Assembly: GCA_046758745.1 (NCBI GenBank)
Contig: JBHIAV010000026.1
Span: 1 to 41,221, forward strand
Direction: 5' to 3'
Source: Gemmatimonadota bacterium
GTDB lineage: Bacteria; Gemmatimonadota; Gemmatimonadetes; Palauibacterales; Palauibacteraceae
DNA length: 41,221 nucleotides
Numbering within the stretch: position 1 is the stretch's first letter; each line of letters starts with the position of its first letter. The notes beneath the pieces were generated by a model that was not told the origin of the DNA, did no database searches, and saw only the letters and a program-made list of their open reading frames with translations. The position numbers and the translations under genes are program-made. Shown here piece by piece: positions 1-8,403 of this stretch.

Positions 1-254
1 CGGAGTGCGGCGGGTCGCCGGCCCCGGTTGGGAACAGGCCGGGGCCGACGTCGGCTGAAATCGGCGAGCCCGCGGGGACTTGGGCTGCCGGTCCGCCCCG
101 CCCCCGAGCTGGGTCCCGGGGGGCCTGGGCTCGGGTTGTGGGAGCCGCTCTTCCGTGGCGCGCGATTTGCCGCACGGAAGGCGGGCCTTCGCGGCGCCAG
201 GCTGTCGTGCGGGAATCGGATCGCGTTCCGCCAACGGAGAAGATCGGGGACCGG

Positions 255-1553
255 ATGAACGGCGTCACGCCCCTCCTCGTCAGCCTCGCCGCCGCTCTCT
301 CCGCCGCGGGGTGTGGGGAGGGAGCGGAGAGCCCCAGGGGTTCCGCTCCCGCCCGCGGCTCCGTGACGGCACCGGACACGGCCTTGCGCAACCTGGCCGC
401 GGAGATCCTGCCGGCCATCGAACGGGTGAGCGGCCTTCCCGCGCGGGGCCCGCTCCGCTTGGGCCTACGCTCGAAAGCGGATCTCGAGCGATACCTGTCG
501 AGCGAGCTCGATCGGCAGCTCCCACCCGAGAAGGCGAGCGCCCTCGTCCGGGTGTACGCGCGACTGGGTCTCGTGCCGGACACGATCCGGCTCGACAACC
601 TCCTCCGCTCCCTCTTGCTCGAGCAGGTGGTGGGCTACTACGACCCGAAGGCGGACACGCTCTTCGTGGTCGAGGGCGTGGACCCCGCCCAGCTGGAGGT
701 GGTCCTGGCGCACGAGATGGTGCACGCCCTGCAGGACCAGTATATGGACCTCGACTCGCTGATGACGAGCCTCGAGGAGGACAACGACCGGAGCACGGCC
801 GCCAGGGCGGCCCTCGAGGGACACGCCACCTTCGCCATGCTCGAGTGGTTCCTCGGCAAGAGCACCGGCCAGCCGGTGGACCTCACGGCGTTCCCGAACC
901 TGGCGGAGATTCTGTCGGGGAACCCGGCCGCCTTCGCCGTAGACATGCCGGTCCTGCAGCAGGTGCCGGCACTGATCCGCGAGTCTCTGCTCTTTCCGTA
1001 CGTGGGTGGCCTCGGGTTCCTCCAGGGCTACTGGACGGCCTTCCCGGACCGCCCGATTCCCCTCGGCGCGGCGTTGCCGGAGTCGACGGAGCAGATCATC
1101 CACCCGGATCGGTCGGCGGGTCCGAGGCGGGATGCGCCGGTGCGCGTCGAGTTCGCCGAAGCGCCGGCGGCGGAGTGGCGGGAGGTGTACGCCGACGGGC
1201 TCGGCGAGCTCGAAACGCGCATCTTCCTCGCCGAGCACCTCCGAGAAGAGACCCGGGCCCGGCAGGGGGCCGCGGGCTGGGACGGGGACCGCTACCGCCT
1301 GCTCGACTCACCGGCCGGTGAGGTTCTCGTGTGGGCCACGGCGTGGGACGATGCGGTCGAGGCCTCCGAGTTCGAGGCGGCCGTGCGGCGGGCGTACGGG
1401 ACCCGCTACGGAGGGCCGTCCTCCGAGCGACGCGTGATGGTAGAGCGCAAGGCCATCGACGGGATCCCGGTCGTCCTGGTGCTGGACCTCCCGGCCGCGC
1501 TGGACGCGCAGGCGGCGGCCGGCGCGGCCCGCTTCACGATTCGTGGGGGGTGA
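255..1553 (+). CDS. Putative lipoprotein zinc metallopeptidase-like protein (gluzincin HEXXH)
   Basis: ATG at 255; hydrophobic signal ending in lipobox LSAAGC; HEMVH motif followed by a third-ligand-like ALEGHA; conserved-looking GYYDP, FPY and GWDGD segments. Confidence 0.7.
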   Translation: MNGVTPLLVSLAAALSAAGCGEGAESPRGSAPARGSVTAPDTALRNLAAEILPAIERVSGLPARGPLRLGLRSKADLERYLSSELDRQLPPEKASALVRVYARLGLVPDTIRLDNLLRSLLLEQVVGYYDPKADTLFVVEGVDPAQLEVVLAHEMVHALQDQYMDLDSLMTSLEEDNDRSTAARAALEGHATFAMLEWFLGKSTGQPVDLTAFPNLAEILSGNPAAFAVDMPVLQQVPALIRESLLFPYVGGLGFLQGYWTAFPDRPIPLGAALPESTEQIIHPDRSAGPRRDAPVRVEFAEAPAAEWREVYADGLGELETRIFLAEHLREETRARQGAAGWDGDRYRLLDSPAGEVLVWATAWDDAVEASEFEAAVRRAYGTRYGGPSSERRVMVERKAIDGIPVVLVLDLPAALDAQAAAGAARFTIRGG

Positions 1554-1566
1554 GGGAGCAGGGCGC

Positions 1567-2709
1567 ATGGTCCCCCAGCTACGGGTCCCGATCCCCGGCG
1601 CCGGCCCCGGAGAGTACCTCGTGGAGATCGAGCGCGGGTCGCTGGACCTCCTCCCCGACCGGTGCCTGCACCGCGCCCCGGCGCACCGCTACGCAGTGAT
1701 CGCGGACAGCCGGGTCGCCGAGCTGCTTGGGAAGCGGGTCCTGGCGGCCTTCCGGGAGGCGGGCTGCCCGGCCGACCTTTTCGCCTTCCCGGCCGGGGAG
1801 TGGAACAAGACCCGAGAGGAGTGGGCCCGTCTGTCGGACGAGCTGCTGGCGGCCGGCCTCGGGCGGGACGGGGCCATCATAGCCCTCGGAGGGGGAGTGA
1901 CGGGCGACCTGGCGGGCTTCGTGGCCGCGACGTACATGCGCGGGGTGCCGGTCGTGCAGGTCCCCACCACGCTCCTGGCCATGCTGGACAGCTCCGTCGG
2001 GGGGAAGACCGGCGTCGACACGCTCTCGGCGAAGAACGCCATCGGGGCGTTCTGGCAACCGGCGCACGTGTTGATCGACCCCGAGCTCCTCGCCACGCTT
2101 CCGCCGCACCACCGAGCCGCCGGCCTCGCCGAGGCCGCCAAGGCCGGGGCGGTCCGGGACGCGGGCTTCTTCGAGTGGATGGAGCTGCGGGCTGGGGAGC
2201 TGGCGGCGGGCGACGTGGGGGCCCTTGCCGAGCTGATCGAGCGTGCCGTGGCGATCAAGGCCGGGGTGGTGGCGGCCGACCCGCTGGAGCGGGGGGAGCG
2301 GGCCATCCTCAACTTCGGCCATACGATCGGCCACGCCCTCGAGGCGCTCTCCGGATACGCGCTGCTGCACGGCGAGGCGGTGGGGGCGGGCATGCGGGTC
2401 GAGGCGCGCCTGGGCGAGGGACTCGGGCTTACCCGGCCGGGTACGGCGGACAGGCTGGAAGCTCTCCTGGAGGCATGCGGGTTGCTGGAGAGACCGGAGG
2501 AGGAGCGGCGGCCCGAGGAGCTCCTCGAGGCCGCTCGCCGGGACAAGAAAGGGCGGGAGGGGCGGCTTCGGTGGGTCCTCCTCGGCGGGATCGGAGAGGT
2601 GCTGCGCGACCCGGAGGGGGCCTACACGCACGCGCTGGCCGAGGAGGAATGCCTGGTGCCGCTCGCCGCCGCTTTACGGCGGGATACCGAGGCCGCAGAT
2701 TCCCGCTGA
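1567..2709 (+). CDS. aroB: 3-dehydroquinate synthase
   Basis: Motifs ALGGGVTGDLAGFVAATYMRG, QVPTTLLAMLDSSVGGKTG, KNAIGAFWQP, LNFGHTIGHALE, LLHGEAV; GAGGGAG upstream of ATG 1567. Confidence 0.95.
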   Translation: MVPQLRVPIPGAGPGEYLVEIERGSLDLLPDRCLHRAPAHRYAVIADSRVAELLGKRVLAAFREAGCPADLFAFPAGEWNKTREEWARLSDELLAAGLGRDGAIIALGGGVTGDLAGFVAATYMRGVPVVQVPTTLLAMLDSSVGGKTGVDTLSAKNAIGAFWQPAHVLIDPELLATLPPHHRAAGLAEAAKAGAVRDAGFFEWMELRAGELAAGDVGALAELIERAVAIKAGVVAADPLERGERAILNFGHTIGHALEALSGYALLHGEAVGAGMRVEARLGEGLGLTRPGTADRLEALLEACGLLERPEEERRPEELLEAARRDKKGREGRLRWVLLGGIGEVLRDPEGAYTHALAEEECLVPLAAALRRDTEAADSR

Positions 2710-2724
2710 CCGGTGCGGAAGGAG

Positions 2725-4365
2725 ATGAACCACAGGTTGGAGAGAGCCGTAAGCGCGAGACCACGCGACGTCGCCGCCGTCCTCCGCGAGCGGGCGGAGA
2801 CGCACCCCGACCGGACTTTTCTCCTGCATCGGGACCGACGCTGGAGCTTCGCGGATGTCGCGGCCGAGGGGCGAGCGCTGGCGTGCGCCTTCCAGCGCCT
2901 CGGTATCGAGAAGGGCGATCGGGTGGCCACCGACCTCCCGAACTGGCCGGAGTTCGTAGTCACGGCCGTGGCGGCGGCCGAAGTCGGCGCGACGGTCGTT
3001 CCGCTGAACCCCTCCCAATCGCCCCGCGAGCTCCAGTTTGTCCTCCGCAACACGGAGACCACTCTGGTCGTCTCGGCCGAGCAATGGGGCGGCATCGACT
3101 ACCTGGAGCTCTTCGAGCCGCTGCTGACCGACCTCCCCGGCCTGCAGTACCTCGTTACGGTCGGCGAGGAAGACCTGTGGTACGACGACCGGATCTTCCA
3201 GTTCGAGGACCTGGTGTCGAGCGGCCGGGGGGGCGACCTGGCGCCGGTCGAAATCGCGCCCGAGAAGGACCCGTTGGCCATCCTGTATACCTCCGGAACT
3301 TCCGGCAAGGTCAAGGGAGTCGTGCTCTCCCATGCGAACGTGCTCGCCACGGCAGGCGCCACCGCGGCGGCGCTTCGCATGACTCCGGATGATGTCACCC
3401 TCTGCTCGGTGCCCCTGTTCAACATCTTCGGCCTCAGCGCAGCGCTCATGACGGCGCTGCTGTCGGGGTCGGCGGTGGTTCTGCAGGATCGCTTCGAGGC
3501 GGCGGAGGCCCTAGAACTAATCGAGCGCCACGGGGTAACGATGCTCCACGGTGTGCCCACGATGTTCGTCCTCCTGACGCGCGATCCGGCGCTCGCCCGG
3601 CGCGACCTCTCCTCGCTTCGAACAGGAATCATCGCGGGAGCGCCGGTCGACGAGGAGCTCGTCGTGCGCCTTCGGAAGGAACTGATTCCCGATCTGGAGA
3701 TCGCGTACGGGCTGACGGAGACATCGCCCACCGTGGCGATCACCGCGCCCGAGAATCCGCCTGCCAAACGGAGCCAGACGGTCGGACGTCCGCTGCCCGG
3801 CCTCGAGATCCGCATCTCCGGCGAGGGGGTGGACAGCCTGCCGGTGGAATCGGTCGGCGAGGTTCAGGTCAAGGGGTTCAACGTGATGCAGGGGTACTTC
3901 CGGCAGCCGGAGGCGACCGGAACGGCGTTCACGCCGGACGGGTTCCTGCGTACAGGAGACCTGGGTATGTTGGACGACGAGGGATACCTGCACATCGTCG
4001 GGAGGGAGAGCGACGTCATCATTCGCGGCGGGTACAACGTGCACCCGCGCGAGGTGGAGGACCATCTGCGGTCGCACCCGGCCGTGATGGACGCCGTGGT
4101 CGTCGGCGTGCCCAACGAGGTGCTCGGCGAGCTCCTATGCGCGTGCATCGTCCCGGTCGAGGGGGCCCTGATCACGGAACCCGAGATCCGAGAGTTCTGC
4201 CGCTCGGCTCTCGCGCAGTACAAGGTGCCGGATCTCGTTCGCTTCATGAGCGAGTTTCCCATGACCTCGAGCGGCAAGGCGCGGCGCGCGGAGCTAGCCC
4301 GGATCGTCCGAAGGGCGACCTCCACGCCGCGCGCCGAGCGCGGCGACGAGAGCCGCGCGAGCTGA
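2725..4365 (+). CDS. Class I adenylate-forming enzyme / long-chain acyl-CoA ligase
   Basis: AMP-binding motifs YTSGTSGKVKG, YGLTE, RTGDLG, IIRGGYNV, PMTSSGK. The start could be GTG 2713 or ATG 2725. Confidence 0.9.
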   Translation: MNHRLERAVSARPRDVAAVLRERAETHPDRTFLLHRDRRWSFADVAAEGRALACAFQRLGIEKGDRVATDLPNWPEFVVTAVAAAEVGATVVPLNPSQSPRELQFVLRNTETTLVVSAEQWGGIDYLELFEPLLTDLPGLQYLVTVGEEDLWYDDRIFQFEDLVSSGRGGDLAPVEIAPEKDPLAILYTSGTSGKVKGVVLSHANVLATAGATAAALRMTPDDVTLCSVPLFNIFGLSAALMTALLSGSAVVLQDRFEAAEALELIERHGVTMLHGVPTMFVLLTRDPALARRDLSSLRTGIIAGAPVDEELVVRLRKELIPDLEIAYGLTETSPTVAITAPENPPAKRSQTVGRPLPGLEIRISGEGVDSLPVESVGEVQVKGFNVMQGYFRQPEATGTAFTPDGFLRTGDLGMLDDEGYLHIVGRESDVIIRGGYNVHPREVEDHLRSHPAVMDAVVVGVPNEVLGELLCACIVPVEGALITEPEIREFCRSALAQYKVPDLVRFMSEFPMTSSGKARRAELARIVRRATSTPRAERGDESRAS

Positions 4366-4458
4366 AGGAAGGGCGGAGCGCGCGGCGAGGAGAGCCGCGG
4401 GAGCCCGAAGGAAAGGCCGAGCGCGGCCAGGAGAGCCGCGGAAGCCCGAAGAAGGAGA
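4336..4458 (+). repeat. Three tandem ~41-42 bp repeats, each containing a CGCGGC-N7-GCCGCG hairpin
   Basis: GAGAGCCGCG at 4348, 4390 and 4431; stems 4339-4344/4352-4357, 4381-4386/4394-4399, 4422-4427/4435-4440; each followed by a (G/A)AGC..GAAG tail. Confidence 0.85.
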
Positions 4459-4565
4459 GACTCCTCGCATCATCCCCTCCGACCCCTGGAGGGCGGGGGC
4501 GAGATCGAGGAGCCTCTCGCCCGCTGCGGCGGGCCGAAACGCATGAGACAGACAGGCGAGAGGAA

Positions 4566-6569
4566 ATGAACGAGACGAGTACACAGACGCCGCCCGCGCG
4601 CCCAGAGCAGGGGATCGTCCCGCATGGCCAGGCGGCCCTCCTTATCGATTTCGACAACGTCACCATGGGGATCCGGTCCAACCTGGGACAGGAGCTCCGA
4701 AAGCTGCTCAGCTCCGACATCATCAAGGGAAAGGTGTCGATCCAGCGGGCGTACGCCGACTGGCGACGCTACCCGCAGTACATCGTGCCGCTGGCCGAGG
4801 CGTCGATCGATCTGATCTTCGCTCCGGCCTACGGCTCCTCGAAAAAGAACGCGACGGACATCCGGCTTTCGATCGACGCGCTCGAGATCGTCTTCACGCG
4901 GCCCGATATCACCACCTTCATCCTCCTTTCCGGAGATTCCGACTTCTCGAGCCTCGTCCTTAAGCTCAAGGAGCACGGTAAGTATGTGATCGGCGTAGGG
5001 ATACAGGAATCGAGCTCCGATCTCCTCGTGCAGAACTGCGACGAGTACTACAGCTACAGCAGCCTCTCCGGGCTTACCTCGGCCCTGGAGCTTCACAGCG
5101 AGCGCTTCGACCCGTGGGACCTCGTCGGTCGGGCGATCGGCCGGATGGTCGAGCGTAAGGACGTGATGCGCTCGGATCGGCTGAAGCAGGTGATGCTTGA
5201 GCTGGACGCCAACTTCAGCGAAAAGGAGATCGGGTTCAGCAAGTTCAACCGATTCCTGGTGGAGGCCGCTTCAAGGGGAATCATCTCGCTTCGCAAGGCG
5301 GCGAACGGACAGTACGACGTCGCTCCTGGGGAGAGCCGCCCTGCAGGCGAGCCCGTCGGCGAGCCCTCGGCCGCGGCCGAGCCGCGACGCCGGGAGCCCC
5401 GGGAGGAGGGGCGTGGGAGGCGTGAGCCTCGCCGGCGCCGGGAGGCGCGAGGACGGGAGGAGCCACGAGCCGGTGCGCCGCCGCACGTCGACGAGGGGCG
5501 ACTGCGCGCGGCATATGATCTGCTGCGGACGGTGGTGGACGAGCTCGCCTTGCGCGGCGAGCCGGTGCGCGACTCCGAGGTCAAGCGCCGGATGCGGGAG
5601 AAGGACGCCGAGTTCGACGAGGCCGCGCTCGGCTTCCGGAAGTTTAGCCGGTTCCTCCATCAGGCCCACGATGAGGAGGTGGTCAACCTGGAGAGGGGGC
5701 CGGAGGGCAACTACAAGCTGAGCCCGCTGGGCGTCGAGGAGGCCGGGGAAGGTGAGACGGCCGGCCGGCGGTCCCCCCGGGAGCGCCGCGATGGGAGCGG
5801 CCGCGGCCGACGGGGGCGCCGGAGCGGGCGAGCCAGAGAGCGGGGAGAGGCCGCGGCGGTGGCGCCCACCGGGACGGAAGTGGGGCGGGAGCCGGTGGCG
5901 GCGGAGGCACCGGCGGCGGAAATGGGTGAGCGAGTCGGACGGCCCGGATCCGCCGCCCGGAAGCGAACCGCGGGCGGCGAGGGCGGCCAGGCGGCGCGGG
6001 AGGCGCAGACCGAGGCGGATCGGCGGCCGGCGGCCGCCCTGGAGGGTGATCGGGGCGCGGCCGGTCTCTCGGCGGCTCGGGAAGCGGGGGCGGCCGGCTC
6101 CGAGCCGTCCGCGGAGGCGGAAGCCAGGCGGGAGCGGCGTCGGACCCTCGGGCGTTTCCGGCGAGGAGGCCGCGGCCGCGGCGCGCCGCTCCCTCCGGCC
6201 TCGCGTGGGGCGGAGGACGCACGGGCGGGCTTCGTGCCGGGTCCGACGGACGCGACAACAGGCTCCGCGGCGGGTCCGACCAGCGTCCCGACGGTCCCGG
6301 ATCCGACCGACGCCGAACCGGAGTACTTGGCCGGCTCTTCCAGGGAGGCCCGTCCGTCCGGGCTCGTCGAGCACATGACCAGGAACTACCCGGGCGTCGG
6401 CCGGCGGACCGCCGAGAGGCTGGTGGCGGAGTTCGGCTCGGAGGTCCTGAAGGTGATCGACCGGGAGCCCGAGCGGGTGGCCCAGGTCCTTCCGGAGCAT
6501 CGCGCCCGGGCCGTCCTCGCCGGCCGGCGCGCCGAGCGGGCCGGGGGGGGCGAGGAGGGGGCGGAGTAG
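4566..6569 (+). CDS. NYN-domain (PIN-like) ribonuclease with two OST-HTH/LOTUS domains, long Arg/Gly/Ala-rich linker and C-terminal helix-hairpin-helix
   Basis: ALLIDFDNV, KNATDI, LLSGDSDF (NYN acidic residues present); two LOTUS-like segments (FSEKEIGFSKFNRFL, FDEAALGFRKFSRFL); C-terminal PGVGRRTAERLVAEFG; SD GAGAGG before ATG 4566. Confidence 0.9.
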   Translation: MNETSTQTPPARPEQGIVPHGQAALLIDFDNVTMGIRSNLGQELRKLLSSDIIKGKVSIQRAYADWRRYPQYIVPLAEASIDLIFAPAYGSSKKNATDIRLSIDALEIVFTRPDITTFILLSGDSDFSSLVLKLKEHGKYVIGVGIQESSSDLLVQNCDEYYSYSSLSGLTSALELHSERFDPWDLVGRAIGRMVERKDVMRSDRLKQVMLELDANFSEKEIGFSKFNRFLVEAASRGIISLRKAANGQYDVAPGESRPAGEPVGEPSAAAEPRRREPREEGRGRREPRRRREARGREEPRAGAPPHVDEGRLRAAYDLLRTVVDELALRGEPVRDSEVKRRMREKDAEFDEAALGFRKFSRFLHQAHDEEVVNLERGPEGNYKLSPLGVEEAGEGETAGRRSPRERRDGSGRGRRGRRSGRARERGEAAAVAPTGTEVGREPVAAEAPAAEMGERVGRPGSAARKRTAGGEGGQAAREAQTEADRRPAAALEGDRGAAGLSAAREAGAAGSEPSAEAEARRERRRTLGRFRRGGRGRGAPLPPASRGAEDARAGFVPGPTDATTGSAAGPTSVPTVPDPTDAEPEYLAGSSREARPSGLVEHMTRNYPGVGRRTAERLVAEFGSEVLKVIDREPERVAQVLPEHRARAVLAGRRAERAGGGEEGAE

Positions 6570-6576
6570 GGGACCC

Positions 6577-7185
6577 GTGGAGGCGATCCGGCGGCCGGCG
6601 GGGGGGGCCCACGCTATCCTGCGGGTGGGCTTCAACGCCCGGCCGGCCGCCCGGGTGGCGCGCGATCTCCTCGGGCAGCTCGTCGTCACCGAGCGGAGTG
6701 GCCGGCGGACGGCCGGGGTGATCGTGGAGACGGAGGCGTACACCGGGCCGGAGGATCCCGCCTCGCACGCCGCCGCCTCGATCGGACGTACGCCGCGCAA
6801 TGACCCGCTTTTCGGTCCTCCCGGATCGGCGTACTTCCACATGAACTACGGTGTCCACTGGCTGCTCAACGTGGTCACGGGACCCGAGGGTCTCCCCGCG
6901 GGCGTTCTCATCCGCGCCCTGGAGCCCGTGGTGGGGGAGCAGCTGATGCGGCGGCGGCGGGGTCGCGGCGAGCTGACGAACGGGCCCGGCCGTCTCGTAG
7001 AGGCGCTCGGCGTGGGGCCCGAACTGCAGCGACATCCCCTCGACCGTCCGCCGCTGTGGCTCGCCCGAGGGACGCGGGTGCCCGACGAAAGCGTGATCCG
7101 GACCACCCGGATCGGCGTCTCCAAAGGCAGCCACCTTCCCCTCCGCTTCTACGACAGCCGGAGCCGCTGGGTCTCGCGACGGTGA
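6577..7185 (+). CDS. mpg: DNA-3-methyladenine glycosylase (MPG/AAG family)
   Basis: Motifs IVETEAY, DPASHA, FGPPG, YGVHWLLNVV, VLIRALEP, NGPG, RIGVS. Confidence 0.92.
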   Translation: MEAIRRPAGGAHAILRVGFNARPAARVARDLLGQLVVTERSGRRTAGVIVETEAYTGPEDPASHAAASIGRTPRNDPLFGPPGSAYFHMNYGVHWLLNVVTGPEGLPAGVLIRALEPVVGEQLMRRRRGRGELTNGPGRLVEALGVGPELQRHPLDRPPLWLARGTRVPDESVIRTTRIGVSKGSHLPLRFYDSRSRWVSRR

Positions 7186-8240
7186 CGCCCGAGCAGGCCC
7201 TCCGGCTGCACCACGAGGCGTTCCTGTTCGACGGGCACAACGACGTCGCGTGGTACCTCTTCGAGGGGGACGACGTGGCGGGAAGGCGAGGGCGCGGGCA
7301 CCTTGACCTCCCGCGGATGCGGGAGGGAGGATTCGACGGCGGCATCTTCGCCGTGTGGATCGACCCGAACCTCCCTCACCCCCTGGAGCGATCGCTGGAG
7401 GGGGTCGAACGGCTGCACGCCTTCCTGCAGGATACGCCGGGCTTTCGCCCCGTGCTTGCCCCGGCAGATGTCACGGCGGCGGAGCGGAGAGGCGAGGTGG
7501 CGGCCCTCATCGGGGTAGAGGGAGGCTACGGCATCACCGACGACCTGTCGGCGCTGAACCGCCTCCACCGGGCGGGGATGCGCTGCCTCACCCTTGCGTG
7601 GATGGCCCCGACGGCGTGGGCGGACGCGAGCGGCACCGCTCCCGCACATGACGGCCTGTCGGCGTTCGGCCTCCGGGTGGTGGAGCGCCTTCAGGAGCTC
7701 GGCGTAGTGATCGACGTGAGCCACGCCTCGGACCGTGCGGTGCAGCAGGTGCTGGAGCGGGCCGACGTGCCCATCGCGGCAACTCACTCGGGCGTACGCG
7801 CCGTGGCCGACCACCACCGCAACCTTCCCGATGCGCTGGTGGAGCGGCTCGCCGCGGCCGACGGCGTGATCGGGATCAACTTCTTCAGCGCCTATCTGGA
7901 TTCGCGGTTCGCCCGGGAGTTCGAGGAGCTGCGGCGGCGCCTCGCCGGCGACGGCCCCGCCGATCACGAGACCCTCGATCGGGCCGCGGGAGAGCTGCGA
8001 CCGGCGCCGCTTGAGCGCCTCCTCGAGCACATCGAGCACGCGGCGCGGGTGGCCGGGTGGGAGCATGTCGGCCTCGGCAGCGACTTCGACGGCGTGGCGT
8101 CGCTCCCGGACGGGCTGCGCGACGCCCGCGACCTCCCCCGCATCACCACGGCACTGGCCGAGCGCGGCGCCGATGAGGCTTCCCTTCGCGCTCTGCTGGG
8201 AGAGAACTTCCGGAGGCTGCTGGAGACGGTGCTCGCCTAA
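7182..8240 (+). CDS. Membrane dipeptidase (peptidase M19 family)
   Basis: DGHND, HLDLPRMREGG, GVEGG, IDVSH, THS, RNLPD, GLGSDFDG, LGENF; GTG overlaps the mpg stop. Confidence 0.92.
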   Translation: MTPEQALRLHHEAFLFDGHNDVAWYLFEGDDVAGRRGRGHLDLPRMREGGFDGGIFAVWIDPNLPHPLERSLEGVERLHAFLQDTPGFRPVLAPADVTAAERRGEVAALIGVEGGYGITDDLSALNRLHRAGMRCLTLAWMAPTAWADASGTAPAHDGLSAFGLRVVERLQELGVVIDVSHASDRAVQQVLERADVPIAATHSGVRAVADHHRNLPDALVERLAAADGVIGINFFSAYLDSRFAREFEELRRRLAGDGPADHETLDRAAGELRPAPLERLLEHIEHAARVAGWEHVGLGSDFDGVASLPDGLRDARDLPRITTALAERGADEASLRALLGENFRRLLETVLA

Positions 8241-8403
8241 GAGGGCGGGAGGCGTGGGATCCACCTCCGGAGGCGGCGGAACCGCGCGCCCCGACCCTCG
8301 CCCGTCGAGCCGCAGACGGTCCACCCCGGGCTTCCTGAGCCGGACCGGGGCACGATAGCTTGCCCCGTTTCCGGCCGTCCCTTCCCGCGACACGGAGGGA
8401 GAT

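Noticed and set aside
4336..4458. CRISPR array interpretation of the hairpin repeats
   Set aside because: Only three units, the intervening sequences are similar to each other rather than unique spacers, the period is too short, and no cas genes are present.
4137..4565. N-terminal extension of the NYN ORF from 4137
   Set aside because: Overlaps the ligase gene and the repeat/leader region; the SD and domain boundary support ATG 4566.
5271..7134. Long antisense and alternative-frame ORFs here and throughout the window (e.g. 12171-14174, 27793-29886, 8482-10029)
   Set aside because: Shadow ORFs expected at high GC; Arg/Pro/Gly-rich, without motifs, and overlapping well-supported genes.
8241..8400. 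Na+/Li+ or amino-acid riboswitch upstream of the NhaC gene
   Set aside because: Only a simple hairpin (CGGGGCA...TGCCCCG) is evident; no family consensus recognised.
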